This document shows positions 49,937-59,666 of a stretch of 64,000 nt of DNA, in pieces. The notes beneath the pieces are model-generated. The model was given only the letters and a program-made list of their open reading frames with translations. It did not search any database and had not been told where the DNA came from. This DNA comes from Methanobacteriota archaeon (GTDB taxonomy: Archaea; Halobacteriota; Bog-38; Methanoflorentales; Methanoflorentaceae): the NCBI GenBank assembly GCA_963720465.1, contig OY970393.1, positions 2,112,001 through 2,176,000 of the forward strand, given 5' to 3'. A program made the translations under genes and the position numbers. Each line of letters begins with the position of its first letter. The first letter of the stretch is position 1.

Positions 49937-50695
49937 TCAGGCCATAATTATCCCTGCGTAACCGACCACCGCAGTGGAATCGCCACAGGTGTCTGCACTC
50001 GTAGAATAATCAATAAGCTCTCCTCGTTTGGCGCCTTTATGTTTCGCGAACTCAATGGCAATCGCTATTGGCGCAAAGCCGCACACAGAAGTCGAGCGAG
50101 CTCGCGTAAGAAATTCTCGCGACTCTAGTTTTAGAATGGGCTCTATTACCCACTGGTCAGTTGTTCTCGCGACGTGCTCTGGCACGTAATGCGTAAAATC
50201 GCTGGAGGCAATAAGCACGCTGTTTTTATCGGCAACTCTTTGGATTGTGGCGACAACACGCTGTATCGATTCAGGCCCTTGAAGTCCCATGGTGATAGGG
50301 ACGATTTCAAAGTCGTCGAATAGGAACTGCAGGAAGGGCAACTGAAGTTCTATAGAATTGTCCTCTTTGTTGGCGCCATTATTTACGTCGATATCGAGTG
50401 CGTCCACAATATCCGTGTTCACGTTCACTTCCCCGAGGGGGGTCAGCCACGGTTCGTTCGAGACCGAAATAACGGGATAATGGTGATTTGGCCCAATGAT
50501 TATGTAGGTGGCCACCTTGGGAAGTATCGAGAAGACCTTTCCTGCGGTGACACCTGAACAAGCGTAGCCCGCATGAGGAACCACCACACTCATGAGCAGA
50601 CGCGGCTCTGGCCTCCCAATGAAGCTGCGCAGAAGCTCTTCCAGCGCCCGCGGGTCACTCGGGTACCACGACCCTGCCTTCGCAGGTTTCCTCAT
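49937..50695 (-). CDS. MEMO1/AmmeMemoRadiSam protein B family
   Basis: AGSWYP, PHAGY, GPNH, SSDFTHY, VCG, VGY. Confidence 0.9.
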   Translation of the reverse strand: MRKPAKAGSWYPSDPRALEELLRSFIGRPEPRLLMSVVVPHAGYACSGVTAGKVFSILPKVATYIIIGPNHHYPVISVSNEPWLTPLGEVNVNTDIVDALDIDVNNGANKEDNSIELQLPFLQFLFDDFEIVPITMGLQGPESIQRVVATIQRVADKNSVLIASSDFTHYVPEHVARTTDQWVIEPILKLESREFLTRARSTSVCGFAPIAIAIEFAKHKGAKRGELIDYSTSADTCGDSTAVVGYAGIIMA

Positions 50696-50705
50696 AGCTA
50701 CTCTC

Positions 50706-51302
50706 TTAGATCTCTATTTCGAAATCTTTAACTCCGTAGCCCGTCTGTTGGCCGCGAAGCTTGGTGATCTCCTTTGCGAGGAGCCAATAGATGAGCGCTA
50801 ACGCTTTCCGCCCTTTGTTGTTGGTCGGGATAACGATGTCAATGTGTGTCGTCATATTATTTGTATCGCACATGGCAATTACTGGAACGCCGACATCTAC
50901 AGCTTCCTTAACGGCCTGTGAATCTCCAATAGGGTCCGTGACGACAACGACATCTGGTTCAACGAAGTCGCGGTACTCCGGATTTGTCAATGTGCCAGGT
51001 ATAAAGCGACCCACAACTGATTTCGCTCCTGTTACTTTAGCAAACATTGTTGCGGGAAATTGACCGTATTGCCGTGCGGAAACCACAAGCACGCGGGCCG
51101 GGTCGAATTTACTGAGAAATTTGGCTGCAATTCTTATACGCTCGTCTGTCGCCTTGACGTCCAGCACGTAAAGACCGTCTGGTCGGACGCGATAGACAAA
51201 GCGCTTCATATCTTCCGTTTTTTGCTGTGTGCCTATGTGCACACCTGCAGCTAGGTATTCATCAACAGGGATGAGTGATTCGTATTCTGTGGTCTCTTCC
51301 AT
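50706..51302 (-). CDS. rps2: 30S ribosomal protein S2
   Basis: [32 protein letters not shown]. Confidence 0.98.
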   Translation of the reverse strand: MEETTEYESLIPVDEYLAAGVHIGTQQKTEDMKRFVYRVRPDGLYVLDVKATDERIRIAAKFLSKFDPARVLVVSARQYGQFPATMFAKVTGAKSVVGRFIPGTLTNPEYRDFVEPDVVVVTDPIGDSQAVKEAVDVGVPVIAMCDTNNMTTHIDIVIPTNNKGRKALALIYWLLAKEITKLRGQQTGYGVKDFEIEI

Positions 51303-51315
51303 TGATCCACCTCCT

Positions 51316-52404
51316 CTAAATCGGTTTTTTCGCCATCCTGTAGCTCGATCCGTCAAATAGTTCTTGTTCTATTCGTACAAGTTCATTGATTTTTGCAGTG
51401 CTCTGTCTACCCTTGATGCTTAGTTTGACAAAGGGAGCGGACAAAGCAACAGCCAGCTGCGACGGTGATGCGTCGCAGGTCGCAGAATTGTCGGTAAGCA
51501 GAGCGCAGCTGCGGCCATTGGCTCTCTCCCTAGAGTACGTTTCGAAAACGCTCGAAACCGTACCTGAAGGCGCAATTAATGCAAGATTTGTCTCCCTACC
51601 ATTCTTCGGGGACCGTGCATCCGCAATTCTCGTGTCGAGATCTGCCTCTGACGCTATCAGACACGTCGCTCCCAACTCATCGGTTAGCTGTCGCTGAAAC
51701 TCAGACTCTGTTCGGTCGAAGGGATCTTCGATGTAATACAGATCGTACTGACGGGCGAGATCTAGTAGATACCGCAGTCGGCTGGTTCCCGTCGTGGAGG
51801 CATTGTCCGCAAAACTAAGCTTGCCGTGTGCGTGCTTGGAAGCTTTGAAATCCACTCCTAGCTTGATCTCGAAGCCAAACCTGCTACTTACACCGCCCGC
51901 GATTGCAGTCAACCGATTCAAAATGTCGGCGTGAGTAGAGTCTCCAGGGATATCCAGATTATTGAGCTCTCGATGGATGCTGGCTAGCGAAGCAATTGCG
52001 CTGGCAAATGAGCCCGCTCCTTTTGGAATACCAAAATAATCAGCGCCAGCGCTAAAGATTTTTAGCAGAGGGTAGGGCATAGCATTCGCAAAGAAGCCTC
52101 CGAGGTAGCGATACAACGGCATTCCCAGAGAGGCCGCTGCCGCGCTTGCAATCGCAACTGAGAAAGCCATACTCATATTGGGCAATGAAAAGATACCCTC
52201 TAGCACTTCGTCGATTTCTGCCTGCTGACTGGCTTCCCTGCCGATGAGTGTAGACACTTGTTCCCGCGCCTTTCTTATTGGCTCGCTTGGGGCCGGAAAA
52301 GAGCACCGGCCATAGCTGTTTGTGGTCACTATCTCTACTTCGACCGCGTCGGTCGCGTTTATGTCGAATGCCTTGCTTACAGACACCGCCTCGATCGAGT
52401 TCAT
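51316..52404 (-). CDS. Enolase-like protein with a degenerate active site
   Basis: [13 protein letters not shown] and [10 protein letters not shown] kept; PSGASTG, GDEGG, GDD, catalytic Lys and SHRS lost; sits in the eno position of the operon. Confidence 0.85.
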   Translation of the reverse strand: MNSIEAVSVSKAFDINATDAVEVEIVTTNSYGRCSFPAPSEPIRKAREQVSTLIGREASQQAEIDEVLEGIFSLPNMSMAFSVAIASAAAASLGMPLYRYLGGFFANAMPYPLLKIFSAGADYFGIPKGAGSFASAIASLASIHRELNNLDIPGDSTHADILNRLTAIAGGVSSRFGFEIKLGVDFKASKHAHGKLSFADNASTTGTSRLRYLLDLARQYDLYYIEDPFDRTESEFQRQLTDELGATCLIASEADLDTRIADARSPKNGRETNLALIAPSGTVSSVFETYSRERANGRSCALLTDNSATCDASPSQLAVALSAPFVKLSIKGRQSTAKINELVRIEQELFDGSSYRMAKKPI

Positions 52405-52592
52405 CGTGGCGTTCCTCGACGTTTTATTGTTATCGGAATGACCCCTTTCTTGAGTTCTTCTAATGCCATGTCTATAGGGTCTGCGGTGTTCGATTCTATC
52501 AATGTGGGTGCGCCCATAGAAATCTGCAAAGCTCGCGCCCCGACGATTCTGGCCCTTTCATAACGAGTAAGTTTTTCAATAACTTCTTTCAA
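52401..52592 (-). CDS. rpoK: RNA polymerase subunit K (Rpo6)
   Basis: [21 protein letters not shown]. Confidence 0.97.
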   Translation of the reverse strand: MKEVIEKLTRYERARIVGARALQISMGAPTLIESNTADPIDMALEELKKGVIPITIKRRGTPR

Positions 52593-52621
52593 TGACTCCC
52601 CTCCATTTTAAAGGGCCTGCA

Positions 52622-52695
52622 TGGGGTTGCTGAGATTCGAACTCAGGTTACGGCGTCCCGAACGCCGTAGGATATCCAGGCTACCCCACAACCCC
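52622..52695 (-). tRNA. tRNA-Pro(CGG)
   Basis: GGGGTTG/CAACCCC acceptor stem; CGGCG-TTCGGGA-CGCCG; TTCGAAT. Confidence 0.97.
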
Positions 52696-52698
52696 TTG

Positions 52699-52887
52699 TC
52701 ATTGATACGGAGCAAAAATATCAACAAGCTCTTTGTGAGTCAAAAGCATTCTGCGACAGCAGTATCGCTTTACGCCAAGATCATCCAACACCATCTTCGG
52801 GTCTTCTCCAGCACTTATACGCTCCTTGTACTGATCCCAGTGTTTCGATATCACTGCACCACACGTAAAGCATCTTACGGGTATCAT
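52699..52887 (-). CDS. rpoN: RNA polymerase subunit N (Rpo10)
   Basis: [17 protein letters not shown]. Confidence 0.98.
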   Translation of the reverse strand: MIPVRCFTCGAVISKHWDQYKERISAGEDPKMVLDDLGVKRYCCRRMLLTHKELVDIFAPYQ

Positions 52888-52899
52888 CTCTTAGCCTTA

Positions 52900-53304
52900 T
52901 TATCTGTAGGATTTTTGTCGCCGCGCTCGCGCGCCTCGGCCGCCAAATTTCTTTGGCTCTTTCTGCCGGTAGTCACTCACAAGGAGTGTTCGGTCTTGTT
53001 TCAGAAATAGATCTTTGATACTCAGATCGTTCGTCCAGTCAATTAACCCCCGCGCTATGGCTGTTCGGGCCGCATCGGCCTGTCCGACGACTCCCCCACC
53101 TCGAACGGTTACTCTGATATCAAGTCCTTTTACCAAATCGCCGGCAATGTTCAACGGTTCTTGGATCTTCTCTCGCACAACGGCGGGCTCAACTACGTTG
53201 AGAAGCTTTTTGTTGATCCTCACTACGCCTTGTCCTTCTTTGAAAGAAGCCCGTGCGATTGAGGTTTTGCGTTTGCCGCTTGAGTTGATTGTTTTTTGGC
53301 CCAT
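52900..53304 (-). CDS. rps9: 30S ribosomal protein S9
   Basis: [33 protein letters not shown]. Confidence 0.98.
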   Translation of the reverse strand: MGQKTINSSGKRKTSIARASFKEGQGVVRINKKLLNVVEPAVVREKIQEPLNIAGDLVKGLDIRVTVRGGGVVGQADAARTAIARGLIDWTNDLSIKDLFLKQDRTLLVSDYRQKEPKKFGGRGARARRQKSYR

Positions 53305-53314
53305 GTGTCTGGTC

Positions 53315-53734
53315 CTATCTCTTAGCCCCAAGTTGTTGGGAGATCTTTCCTACCTCAACAACCTTAATGGTGCTCAATCTTGTTTTTCGCGCGCGTTCAA
53401 GCGTTTCAGCACTGACACTGGAAAGCTCGGCTGGCGTTCCAACGTAAACTCGAAGCCGTCCGAATGCTGCCCTGCCGACCGATTTCTTGTACGGCAACAT
53501 CCCCCGAACCGTACGTCGTAGAATCATGTCTGAACGCTTAGGAAAATATGGTCCTTTTTCTTTGGAACCTTTATTTCGCAGGGTTTGATACTTTGATAGC
53601 GTGGTTTCTGGTGACCCTGAAACTACCGCTCTTTCTGCGTTAATAACGTCGATCTCTTCGCCGGATAACAGTCTTTGAGCTACGATGCTGGCAAGACGCC
53701 CGAGTATTAATCCATTAGCGTCAATTACTGTCAC
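53315..53734 (-). CDS. rpl13: 50S ribosomal protein L13
   Basis: [18 protein letters not shown]. Confidence 0.97.
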   Translation of the reverse strand: MTVIDANGLILGRLASIVAQRLLSGEEIDVINAERAVVSGSPETTLSKYQTLRNKGSKEKGPYFPKRSDMILRRTVRGMLPYKKSVGRAAFGRLRVYVGTPAELSSVSAETLERARKTRLSTIKVVEVGKISQQLGAKR

Positions 53735-53755
53735 AATCTGTCTCTCTCCTGTGCT

Positions 53756-54124
53756 TCAACGTATGATCTTCACGTGACTGCCCTTTGGTGATTCGTGGGC
53801 GATTTCATCGAGCGACAAGACGGTCCCTCCGGCTGTAAGAATTTTTGACCGGGCGCTATCACTAAAATTCGGGGCACCTATAGTTATCGGATGGTCGATT
53901 GATCCCGCGCCAAGCACTTTACCGGCGACTATAACTACGTCACCCGAGGTCGTGTGTCGGTTGAGCCGGCTCAAATTGACTTTTGCGTAGCTATTTGATG
54001 GCGCCTCCAACCTTCTAGCAAGCTCTCTCCAAATATTTGCTTGATGCTGTCGTGCGTGCGCTTTGAAAGCGTCTATCTGTAACATCAACTGAGGATTGGC
54101 CTTCCGTATTCCGTGCTTTGCCAT
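53756..54124 (-). CDS. rpl18e: 50S ribosomal protein L18e
   Basis: VNLSRLNR, GKVLGAG, FSDSARSKI. Confidence 0.96.
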   Translation of the reverse strand: MAKHGIRKANPQLMLQIDAFKAHARQHQANIWRELARRLEAPSNSYAKVNLSRLNRHTTSGDVVIVAGKVLGAGSIDHPITIGAPNFSDSARSKILTAGGTVLSLDEIAHESPKGSHVKIIR

Positions 54125-54149
54125 GTTATCTCCTATCACGCATTTCGAA

Positions 54150-54234
54150 TGCGGGGGGTGCGATTTGAACGCACGAACTCCTATGAGACTAGGCCCTCAA
54201 CCTAGCGCCTTTGACCAAGCTTGGCAACCCCCGC
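54150..54234 (-). tRNA. tRNA-Leu(GAG)
   Basis: CTAGG-TTGAGGG-CCTAG anticodon arm, long variable arm. Confidence 0.97.
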
Positions 54235-55020
54235 CTATCCAAACGTTCCGAGGTACGTAGCTAATTCGCTGGCTCTGTTCATCAAAGCCTCAACTGACAT
54301 CGTCAGCAGATCTATGCAGCTCATTGACCCGTCTGACTCCGTATAGAACAAAAAGCGCTGCGGGTCGCCGGTGACTGAGATCGCGTGTGTGTCGCAGGCT
54401 TCGACGCACAAGTTGCAAAGGGTGCACTGAAGTTCGTCAGCGATGTGCACGGATCCGTTTTCGTACCGGATGATCCCCCTGGGGCAGGCGTCGACACATT
54501 CTTTACATCCGTTGCACTCTTGGACAGAAAACTTCGGCAAGTACTTGTAGCTTGTCGCGATTGCAGACTGAAATTTAGCGTGGTTTTTGGCGCTGTCTTT
54601 TCGTGCAATTGCTTCAAGCAGCAATTGTTGGCCCTCAAAAAGCTTTATGATGGGTATGTTGCCGTCGGCGGGAACCACTTCGGCATCAGCGGACGCTAAG
54701 TCCCTTGAGTAGACAGTGGCGGGCCCCTGCACGTTTAAGGTCATTGACACTTGACATTGAAAGCATCCTTCCCCGTTGCAGGAACACTCAGACGCGGAGA
54801 GATAGTGTTTCCCTCCTGTGAGGGGAATGAGCCCTAAACGAAGCGCAAGCATTTCGTCGAACAGGACTGACGTATTGTTGTAAAAGTTGACGTCATCGAT
54901 CGACATCGTTCGGACGTCAGCCATCATGCTCCGTCTAATGCTGTTCACGAGCGCTGGTGCCGTACCCGAAATTATGAAACGCGCACGTCTATCTGTAAGT
55001 TCTAGGAATTCTAAATCCAT
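54235..55020 (-). CDS. rpoD: RNA polymerase subunit D (Rpo3) with a ferredoxin-like domain
   Basis: NSIRR, LFDEMLALRLGLIPL, HAKF; CNGCKECVDACP and CTLCNLCVEAC. Confidence 0.97.
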   Translation of the reverse strand: MDLEFLELTDRRARFIISGTAPALVNSIRRSMMADVRTMSIDDVNFYNNTSVLFDEMLALRLGLIPLTGGKHYLSASECSCNGEGCFQCQVSMTLNVQGPATVYSRDLASADAEVVPADGNIPIIKLFEGQQLLLEAIARKDSAKNHAKFQSAIATSYKYLPKFSVQECNGCKECVDACPRGIIRYENGSVHIADELQCTLCNLCVEACDTHAISVTGDPQRFLFYTESDGSMSCIDLLTMSVEALMNRASELATYLGTFG

Positions 55021-55032
55021 TGTATCAGAATG

Positions 55033-55422
55033 TCAGATTCTGCGTCCCCTTCTACCTCCGGGCGACCGCGTGCCGTCATGAGGGATAGGGGTTACATCCT
55101 CTATTCTCCCTATTTTTAATCCAGCCCTTGAAAGTGCCCTTATCGCAGCTTGTGCTCCCGGGCCGGGGCTCCGCTGTCCATTCCCGCCCGGGGCTCTAAC
55201 CCTTACGTGAACACCGAGGACGCCCTTATCCAATGCCTGTTCGGCTGCGCTCGTGGCAAGCTGCATGGCAGCATAAGGCGAACTTTCGTTGCGGTCTTGC
55301 TTGACTACCATGCCCCCTGATGATTTTGCTATGGTCTCGGCTCCACTAAGATCTGTAATGGTGATAATCGTATTATTGAACGATGCAAAGATATGGGCAA
55401 TTCCCCACTTTCGCTCGGCCAT
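55033..55422 (-). CDS. rps11: 30S ribosomal protein S11
   Basis: [24 protein letters not shown]. Confidence 0.98.
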   Translation of the reverse strand: MAERKWGIAHIFASFNNTIITITDLSGAETIAKSSGGMVVKQDRNESSPYAAMQLATSAAEQALDKGVLGVHVRVRAPGGNGQRSPGPGAQAAIRALSRAGLKIGRIEDVTPIPHDGTRSPGGRRGRRI

Positions 55423-55430
55423 AATCTATG

Positions 55431-55973
55431 TCACGCTCCGTCGCTCGCTCGCTCCTCGGAACCGTCGACTTCGCGGAGCGGAGATCCGACGTAGTATCCG
55501 ATGAGCGCTTGCTCACTTATGGGTAGAACGTAGCTTGGAACGGTTACTCTACGTCCTGCGACTGCGATATGTCCGTGGACAATAAGTTGCCTGGCGTGCT
55601 TGGCAGAATTGGCTAAACCTTGCTTGTGGACTTGGGTTTGTAGCCGCCTCTCCATTAAATCCTCACTCGCCAAGGTGAGCACGTCGTCCAGAGATGAGTC
55701 ATATTTGATCAGACCTATACGTTTTAATCTGTCGAGGAATCGTTGCGTCTCAAACTTCGCATGCTCGCCACGCTCACCAACCTCTTGAATGTCGAAGAGC
55801 AATTTCCGCGCCTCACGTCGATACTTCCTCAACGTCGTGGCGACTTTCCAGACTTCTCTTTTGTTTTTCAAACCGTAACTTCTTACGAGCTCGGCTTCTT
55901 CGCCGATCCTTGCTCCCTGCCATGGGTGACTGGGCCTATCAAACGTTTTTCTGCTTTTGCCAGGATACCCCAT
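55431..55973 (-). CDS. rps4: 30S ribosomal protein S4
   Basis: YGLKNKRE, ERRLQT, ARQLIVHGH. Confidence 0.98.
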   Translation of the reverse strand: MGYPGKSRKTFDRPSHPWQGARIGEEAELVRSYGLKNKREVWKVATTLRKYRREARKLLFDIQEVGERGEHAKFETQRFLDRLKRIGLIKYDSSLDDVLTLASEDLMERRLQTQVHKQGLANSAKHARQLIVHGHIAVAGRRVTVPSYVLPISEQALIGYYVGSPLREVDGSEERASDGA

Positions 55974-55991
55974 TTCTCGCACCTTCTTTAA

Positions 55992-56465
55992 TTACCGCTT
56001 TTTGCGTTGTACGCCTACCGTCGCACCCCTACGTCCTGTCGATTTGGTCCTCTGACCGCGGACTTTATGTCCTCTTTCGTGGCGAATCCCTGCGTAGCTT
56101 CGGGTCTTTTTCATTCGATTCAGATCTTCGCGAAGCGCAATATCTAGTTGAGAGCCTAATAGGTGTTGGTCTTCGCCGGTGACGGGACTTTTCTGGTAGT
56201 TGAACATCCAAGCCGGAATATGTCGATCAAAACTAGCGACAGAATCCCTCAGCCTTTCTATTTGCTCATCGTCCAGATAGCCCATAGTATCTTTAGGGTT
56301 TACGTTGGCGCTTTGAGTCAGAATTCGCGCCGTTCGTATACCTACGCCTTTCAAACCTGTGAGTGCGTACTGGACTGCTTTTTTTCCATCCAGATCCGTT
56401 TGCGCAATTCTTACTATGTACTTGATCTCGTCGTGTTCTGGCTGTTCCTTGTCACCCTTGGGCAC
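55992..56465 (-). CDS. rps13: 30S ribosomal protein S13
   Basis: IVRIAQTDLDG, RHERGHKVRGQRTKSTGR; GTG start after GAGGT. Confidence 0.97.
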   Translation of the reverse strand: MPKGDKEQPEHDEIKYIVRIAQTDLDGKKAVQYALTGLKGVGIRTARILTQSANVNPKDTMGYLDDEQIERLRDSVASFDRHIPAWMFNYQKSPVTGEDQHLLGSQLDIALREDLNRMKKTRSYAGIRHERGHKVRGQRTKSTGRRGATVGVQRKKR

Positions 56466-56589
56466 GTCATTACCTCGCGTGTGTGGCATTTTAACCAATC
56501 ATCGTATTTATAACTAGCACGCTGAATGAGCTTTTTTGCGATAGCTCGAAGGATCGGCGCAGCTTCACGGAAACTGAGCCCACAGAAAG

Positions 56590-56676
56590 CGCTGGGGGTG
56601 GGATTTGAACCCACGAGTCCCGGTGGGACACTGGTTTAGCAAACCAGCGCCGTAGACCAAGCTTGGCTACCCCAAC
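56590..56676 (-). tRNA. tRNA-Ser(GCT)
   Basis: CTGGT-TTGCTAA-ACCAG, long variable arm, G discriminator. Confidence 0.96.
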
Positions 56677-56683
56677 AGCGGGT

Positions 56684-56992
56684 GTGGGCACACAGAAAGG
56701 TCGTCATTCCGCAGCCTGTCAGAGCTCCCAACTCATTCTCTATCCCGCGACCCTCCGAGCGTCACGCGTCCGCGATAGGTTTGCTCCCTTCCGGGCCTGA
56801 ACCGGTGCTCACGGTGAGCGCGTGCCGCTGGTTCTCCAATCAGTAACACACGGCCGTTGACCCCGCAGGACGGAATTTCATTGTCTGAATTGTAAGATGG
56901 TCAAACTGCCAAAATGCCTTCCTTCTGTTTCGCTCCCCACTTGTCGACGTTTTTGGGTTACAGAGGACGCCGAGCCATCCGAGCTAGCCCAG
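56684..56992 (-). ncRNA. ffs: Archaeal SRP (7S) RNA
   Basis: Helix-8 motif TCAGGCCCGGAAGGGAGCA, Alu TGTAAC, terminal TGGGC/GCCCA helix, about 310 nt. Confidence 0.93.
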
Positions 56993-57097
56993 TTATCATG
57001 TGGCAACTAATGTCCATAAAATTATCGCTGAACTTGCTTGCAAATGTCGCTGCGCCCCTTTGTCAACTTGATTAGCTCAATGTTTCAGATCGCTGGG

Positions 57098-58510
57098 CTA
57101 GCCCTTAATGACTCCCATGGGGGTGAGCCGCGCAACGGCTTCTGAGATACCGAGCTTTGAAACGACGTTGATTACCTCGTCTATCGGCTTGTACGCCTCT
57201 GGTGCTTCTTCTGGCACTGACGAAAGATCATCAGTTTTTATCGCGATGTGTTTTCGCTGCAGACCCTCTGTAACGCCTCTCCAAGTCAAAGAGCGTCTTG
57301 CAGCTTTCCGGCTGAGAACTCGACCTGCCCCGTGGCACGTTGATCCGAAGGTGGTACTCATTGCTTTTTTGGTGCCGTGCAGAACGTAAGAGGCAGTCCC
57401 CATGCTGCCTGGGATAAGCACCGGCTGTTCGATTCCATAACTTGCATCCTTATCGAATGCTCTTGTGGCGCCTTTGCGGTGCACGTACACCTCTTTGCGT
57501 CTTCCGTCGATCGTATGTTTTTCTAGCTTTGCAATATTGTGCGCCACATCGTATACGAGGGTTGCAGTTGTGTTGAACTGCTGCTCCAGAACGTCTCGTA
57601 CCCAATAGGACATTACTTGCCTATTTGTCCACGCGTAGTTGGCAGCTGCTGCCATTGCGCTGAAGTAGTCTCGTGCTTCTTGTGAGTCTGCAGGAACGCA
57701 CGCTAGTTGCTTATCGGGGAGTTCGATAGAATATTTGCGACTCGCTGCTTGAAACATTTTCAAGTAGTCAGTGCAGATTTGATGGCCAGCCCCCCGTGAT
57801 CCCGAATGAAGCATTATGCAAACTTGCTGTTCTTTCAAACCAAACAAATCTGCGGCCTTCTTATCAATGACGCGATCAACGCATTGAATCTCTAAAAAGT
57901 GGTTTCCACTTCCTAGACTTCCAAGCTGGGGTTTGCCCCTCTTTTTTGCCAGCGGACTGACTTTTATAGGATTTGCACCATCTAAGCAGCCGTTGCTCTC
58001 GCAGTGCTTCAGATCTGCAGGGTTTCCGTATCCCTCATTAACGGCCCACTTTGCCCCACCCAAGAACACGCCGTCAAGCTCTTTTTCGGAGAGCCGCAGC
58101 TGTCCCTTCGAGCCAAGTCCCGACGGAATTGCTTCAAATAGTGCTGTTGTCAGCTCATTAATTCTTGGCTCAATTTCTTCCTTGAACAAGGTCGTCACCA
58201 GGAGCCTAGTGCCGCAGTTGATATCGAACCCAACACCTCCTGGTGAGAGGATGCCTTCGCTAACGTCGAACGCGGCAACGCCGCCGATTGGAAAACCATA
58301 CCCCGTGTGCACATCAGGCATCGCAAGCGACCATTTCTGGATTCCGGGAAGCGTCGCGACATTCGCGACTTGTTGTATCGCGCCTCTCTCGAGGTATTTC
58401 ATAAGGACTTCTGACAAAAAGATTCGACCAGGGACACGCATCCTTAGCGCTGCGTCCTGCGGCACTTCCCAAACATACTCGCCTCGCTTGACCAATTCTT
58501 CGAACGCCAT
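57098..58510 (-). CDS. rtcB: tRNA-splicing ligase RtcB
   Basis: MPDVHTGYGFPIGG, DINCG, GNHF, HSGSRG, HRKGAT, CHGAGR. Confidence 0.98.
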   Translation of the reverse strand: MAFEELVKRGEYVWEVPQDAALRMRVPGRIFLSEVLMKYLERGAIQQVANVATLPGIQKWSLAMPDVHTGYGFPIGGVAAFDVSEGILSPGGVGFDINCGTRLLVTTLFKEEIEPRINELTTALFEAIPSGLGSKGQLRLSEKELDGVFLGGAKWAVNEGYGNPADLKHCESNGCLDGANPIKVSPLAKKRGKPQLGSLGSGNHFLEIQCVDRVIDKKAADLFGLKEQQVCIMLHSGSRGAGHQICTDYLKMFQAASRKYSIELPDKQLACVPADSQEARDYFSAMAAAANYAWTNRQVMSYWVRDVLEQQFNTTATLVYDVAHNIAKLEKHTIDGRRKEVYVHRKGATRAFDKDASYGIEQPVLIPGSMGTASYVLHGTKKAMSTTFGSTCHGAGRVLSRKAARRSLTWRGVTEGLQRKHIAIKTDDLSSVPEEAPEAYKPIDEVINVVSKLGISEAVARLTPMGVIKG

Positions 58511-58518
58511 CGAACCTC

Positions 58519-58929
58519 CTATACGTCGAGCGTTACCTCTGTGTGATAGATGTCATTTTTCGTGACTGCTAGATTGTGATATGTCACGGCCTTTACTTCT
58601 GCGTTTAGTCTATGCCTGTTTAGATCTAATCTTTCGCCTAGACAGTCAGCAGTTAACGAGAAACCCACAATGCTGACGAAGCATTTCTTAACAGCAAAGC
58701 GCTCGACTTCAAACGTGATCAGGAGTTCCGAAAGCCAGTCGTAAAGCAAGTTTTCGTAAGAGTCGGAACTCATCTCTATGGTTAAAATCTTTCCTGATGC
58801 CACTTCATCGAGGATAACCATTGTGTCTTCGAGAGCTTCAGCTGCATTTTCGAATAGCTCGTTTAAGTCTCTTCCATACGCTTTAAAAGTTACATCGGCT
58901 GTGTGCTCTAGAAACTCGTATTTTTGCAT
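58519..58929 (-). CDS. Archease
   Basis: EHTAD, EVKAVTYH, LDV C-terminus; adjacent to rtcB. Confidence 0.96.
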   Translation of the reverse strand: MQKYEFLEHTADVTFKAYGRDLNELFENAAEALEDTMVILDEVASGKILTIEMSSDSYENLLYDWLSELLITFEVERFAVKKCFVSIVGFSLTADCLGERLDLNRHRLNAEVKAVTYHNLAVTKNDIYHTEVTLDV

Positions 58930-58991
58930 GCAGCTGTCGCATACGATATGAACCAGATATTAATATAATATTGGTCAATTATGGCTAGTCG

Positions 58992-59657
58992 ATGAGACCA
59001 TATGTCTTTATTAATTCAGCAATGAGCGCCGACGGCAAGATTTCCACAGTAGCAAGAAAACAGGTGCGCATTTCTGGTGAAGACGACCTCAGGCGAGTTG
59101 ATGCGCTAAAAGCGAACGTTGATGCTGTCATGATTGGGGTCGGGACCGTTCTTGCGGACGATCCGAAGCTTACGATAAAGTCGGTGGTACTCAAGCGCAA
59201 GCGAGTGGACCAGGGGAGAAGTGAAAATCCGCTGCGAGTAGTGGTCGATAGCAGCGCACGAACGCCGGCGACCGCGGCCGTTTTGGGACCAAATGCACTT
59301 ATAGCGACGTCGCAACAGGCCCCACGTTATAGGGTAGAAGAGCTCGAAACAAAGGCTGAAATAGTCGTTGTCGGAGAGAGCAAAGTAGACCTCACTGCGC
59401 TGCTTGGGCGTTTGAAGGATCGGGGCGTCGAATCCCTCTTGGTTGAGGGTGGCGCAACGCTCAATTTCGCCCTTCTAAGTTTAGGCTTAGTCGATGAGAT
59501 TTACACATACGTAGGCAACATTATTATTGGGGGCAGTGCAGCGCCAACGCTGGTCGATGGGGAGGGCCTGACTAATGGCTTTGTTAAGCTGAATCTGCGA
59601 GAAATCCGTCAAATCGGCGACGGCGTGCTCATCAAGTGGAGAGTCGCGGGTTTTTGA
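58992..59657 (+). CDS. arfC: 2,5-diamino-6-ribosylamino-4(3H)-pyrimidinone 5'-phosphate reductase
   Basis: AMSADGKI, GVGTVLADDP, VEGGA. Confidence 0.93.
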   Translation: MRPYVFINSAMSADGKISTVARKQVRISGEDDLRRVDALKANVDAVMIGVGTVLADDPKLTIKSVVLKRKRVDQGRSENPLRVVVDSSARTPATAAVLGPNALIATSQQAPRYRVEELETKAEIVVVGESKVDLTALLGRLKDRGVESLLVEGGATLNFALLSLGLVDEIYTYVGNIIIGGSAAPTLVDGEGLTNGFVKLNLREIRQIGDGVLIKWRVAGF

Positions 59658-59666
59658 CCTCGACAT

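Noticed and set aside
49937-50695. MEMO1 EHS>DNS substitution as a pseudoenzyme
   Set aside because: The other putative metal ligands (HAGY, GPNH, SSDFTH, VCG) are retained; too weak
52621-53010. + strand ORF 52621-53010, ORFs 56414-56691 and the many other shadow ORFs in the track
   Set aside because: They overlap or are antisense to tRNAs or well-supported genes
14789-54189. Identical ~40-bp direct repeat at 14789 and 54150 resembling attL/attR of a 39-kb element
   Set aside because: Both copies are 3' halves of complete tRNA-Leu isoacceptors; the interval holds essential genes and no integrase
54235-55020. Two 4Fe-4S motifs in RpoD as a novelty
   Set aside because: Established feature of Methanosarcinales-type Rpo3
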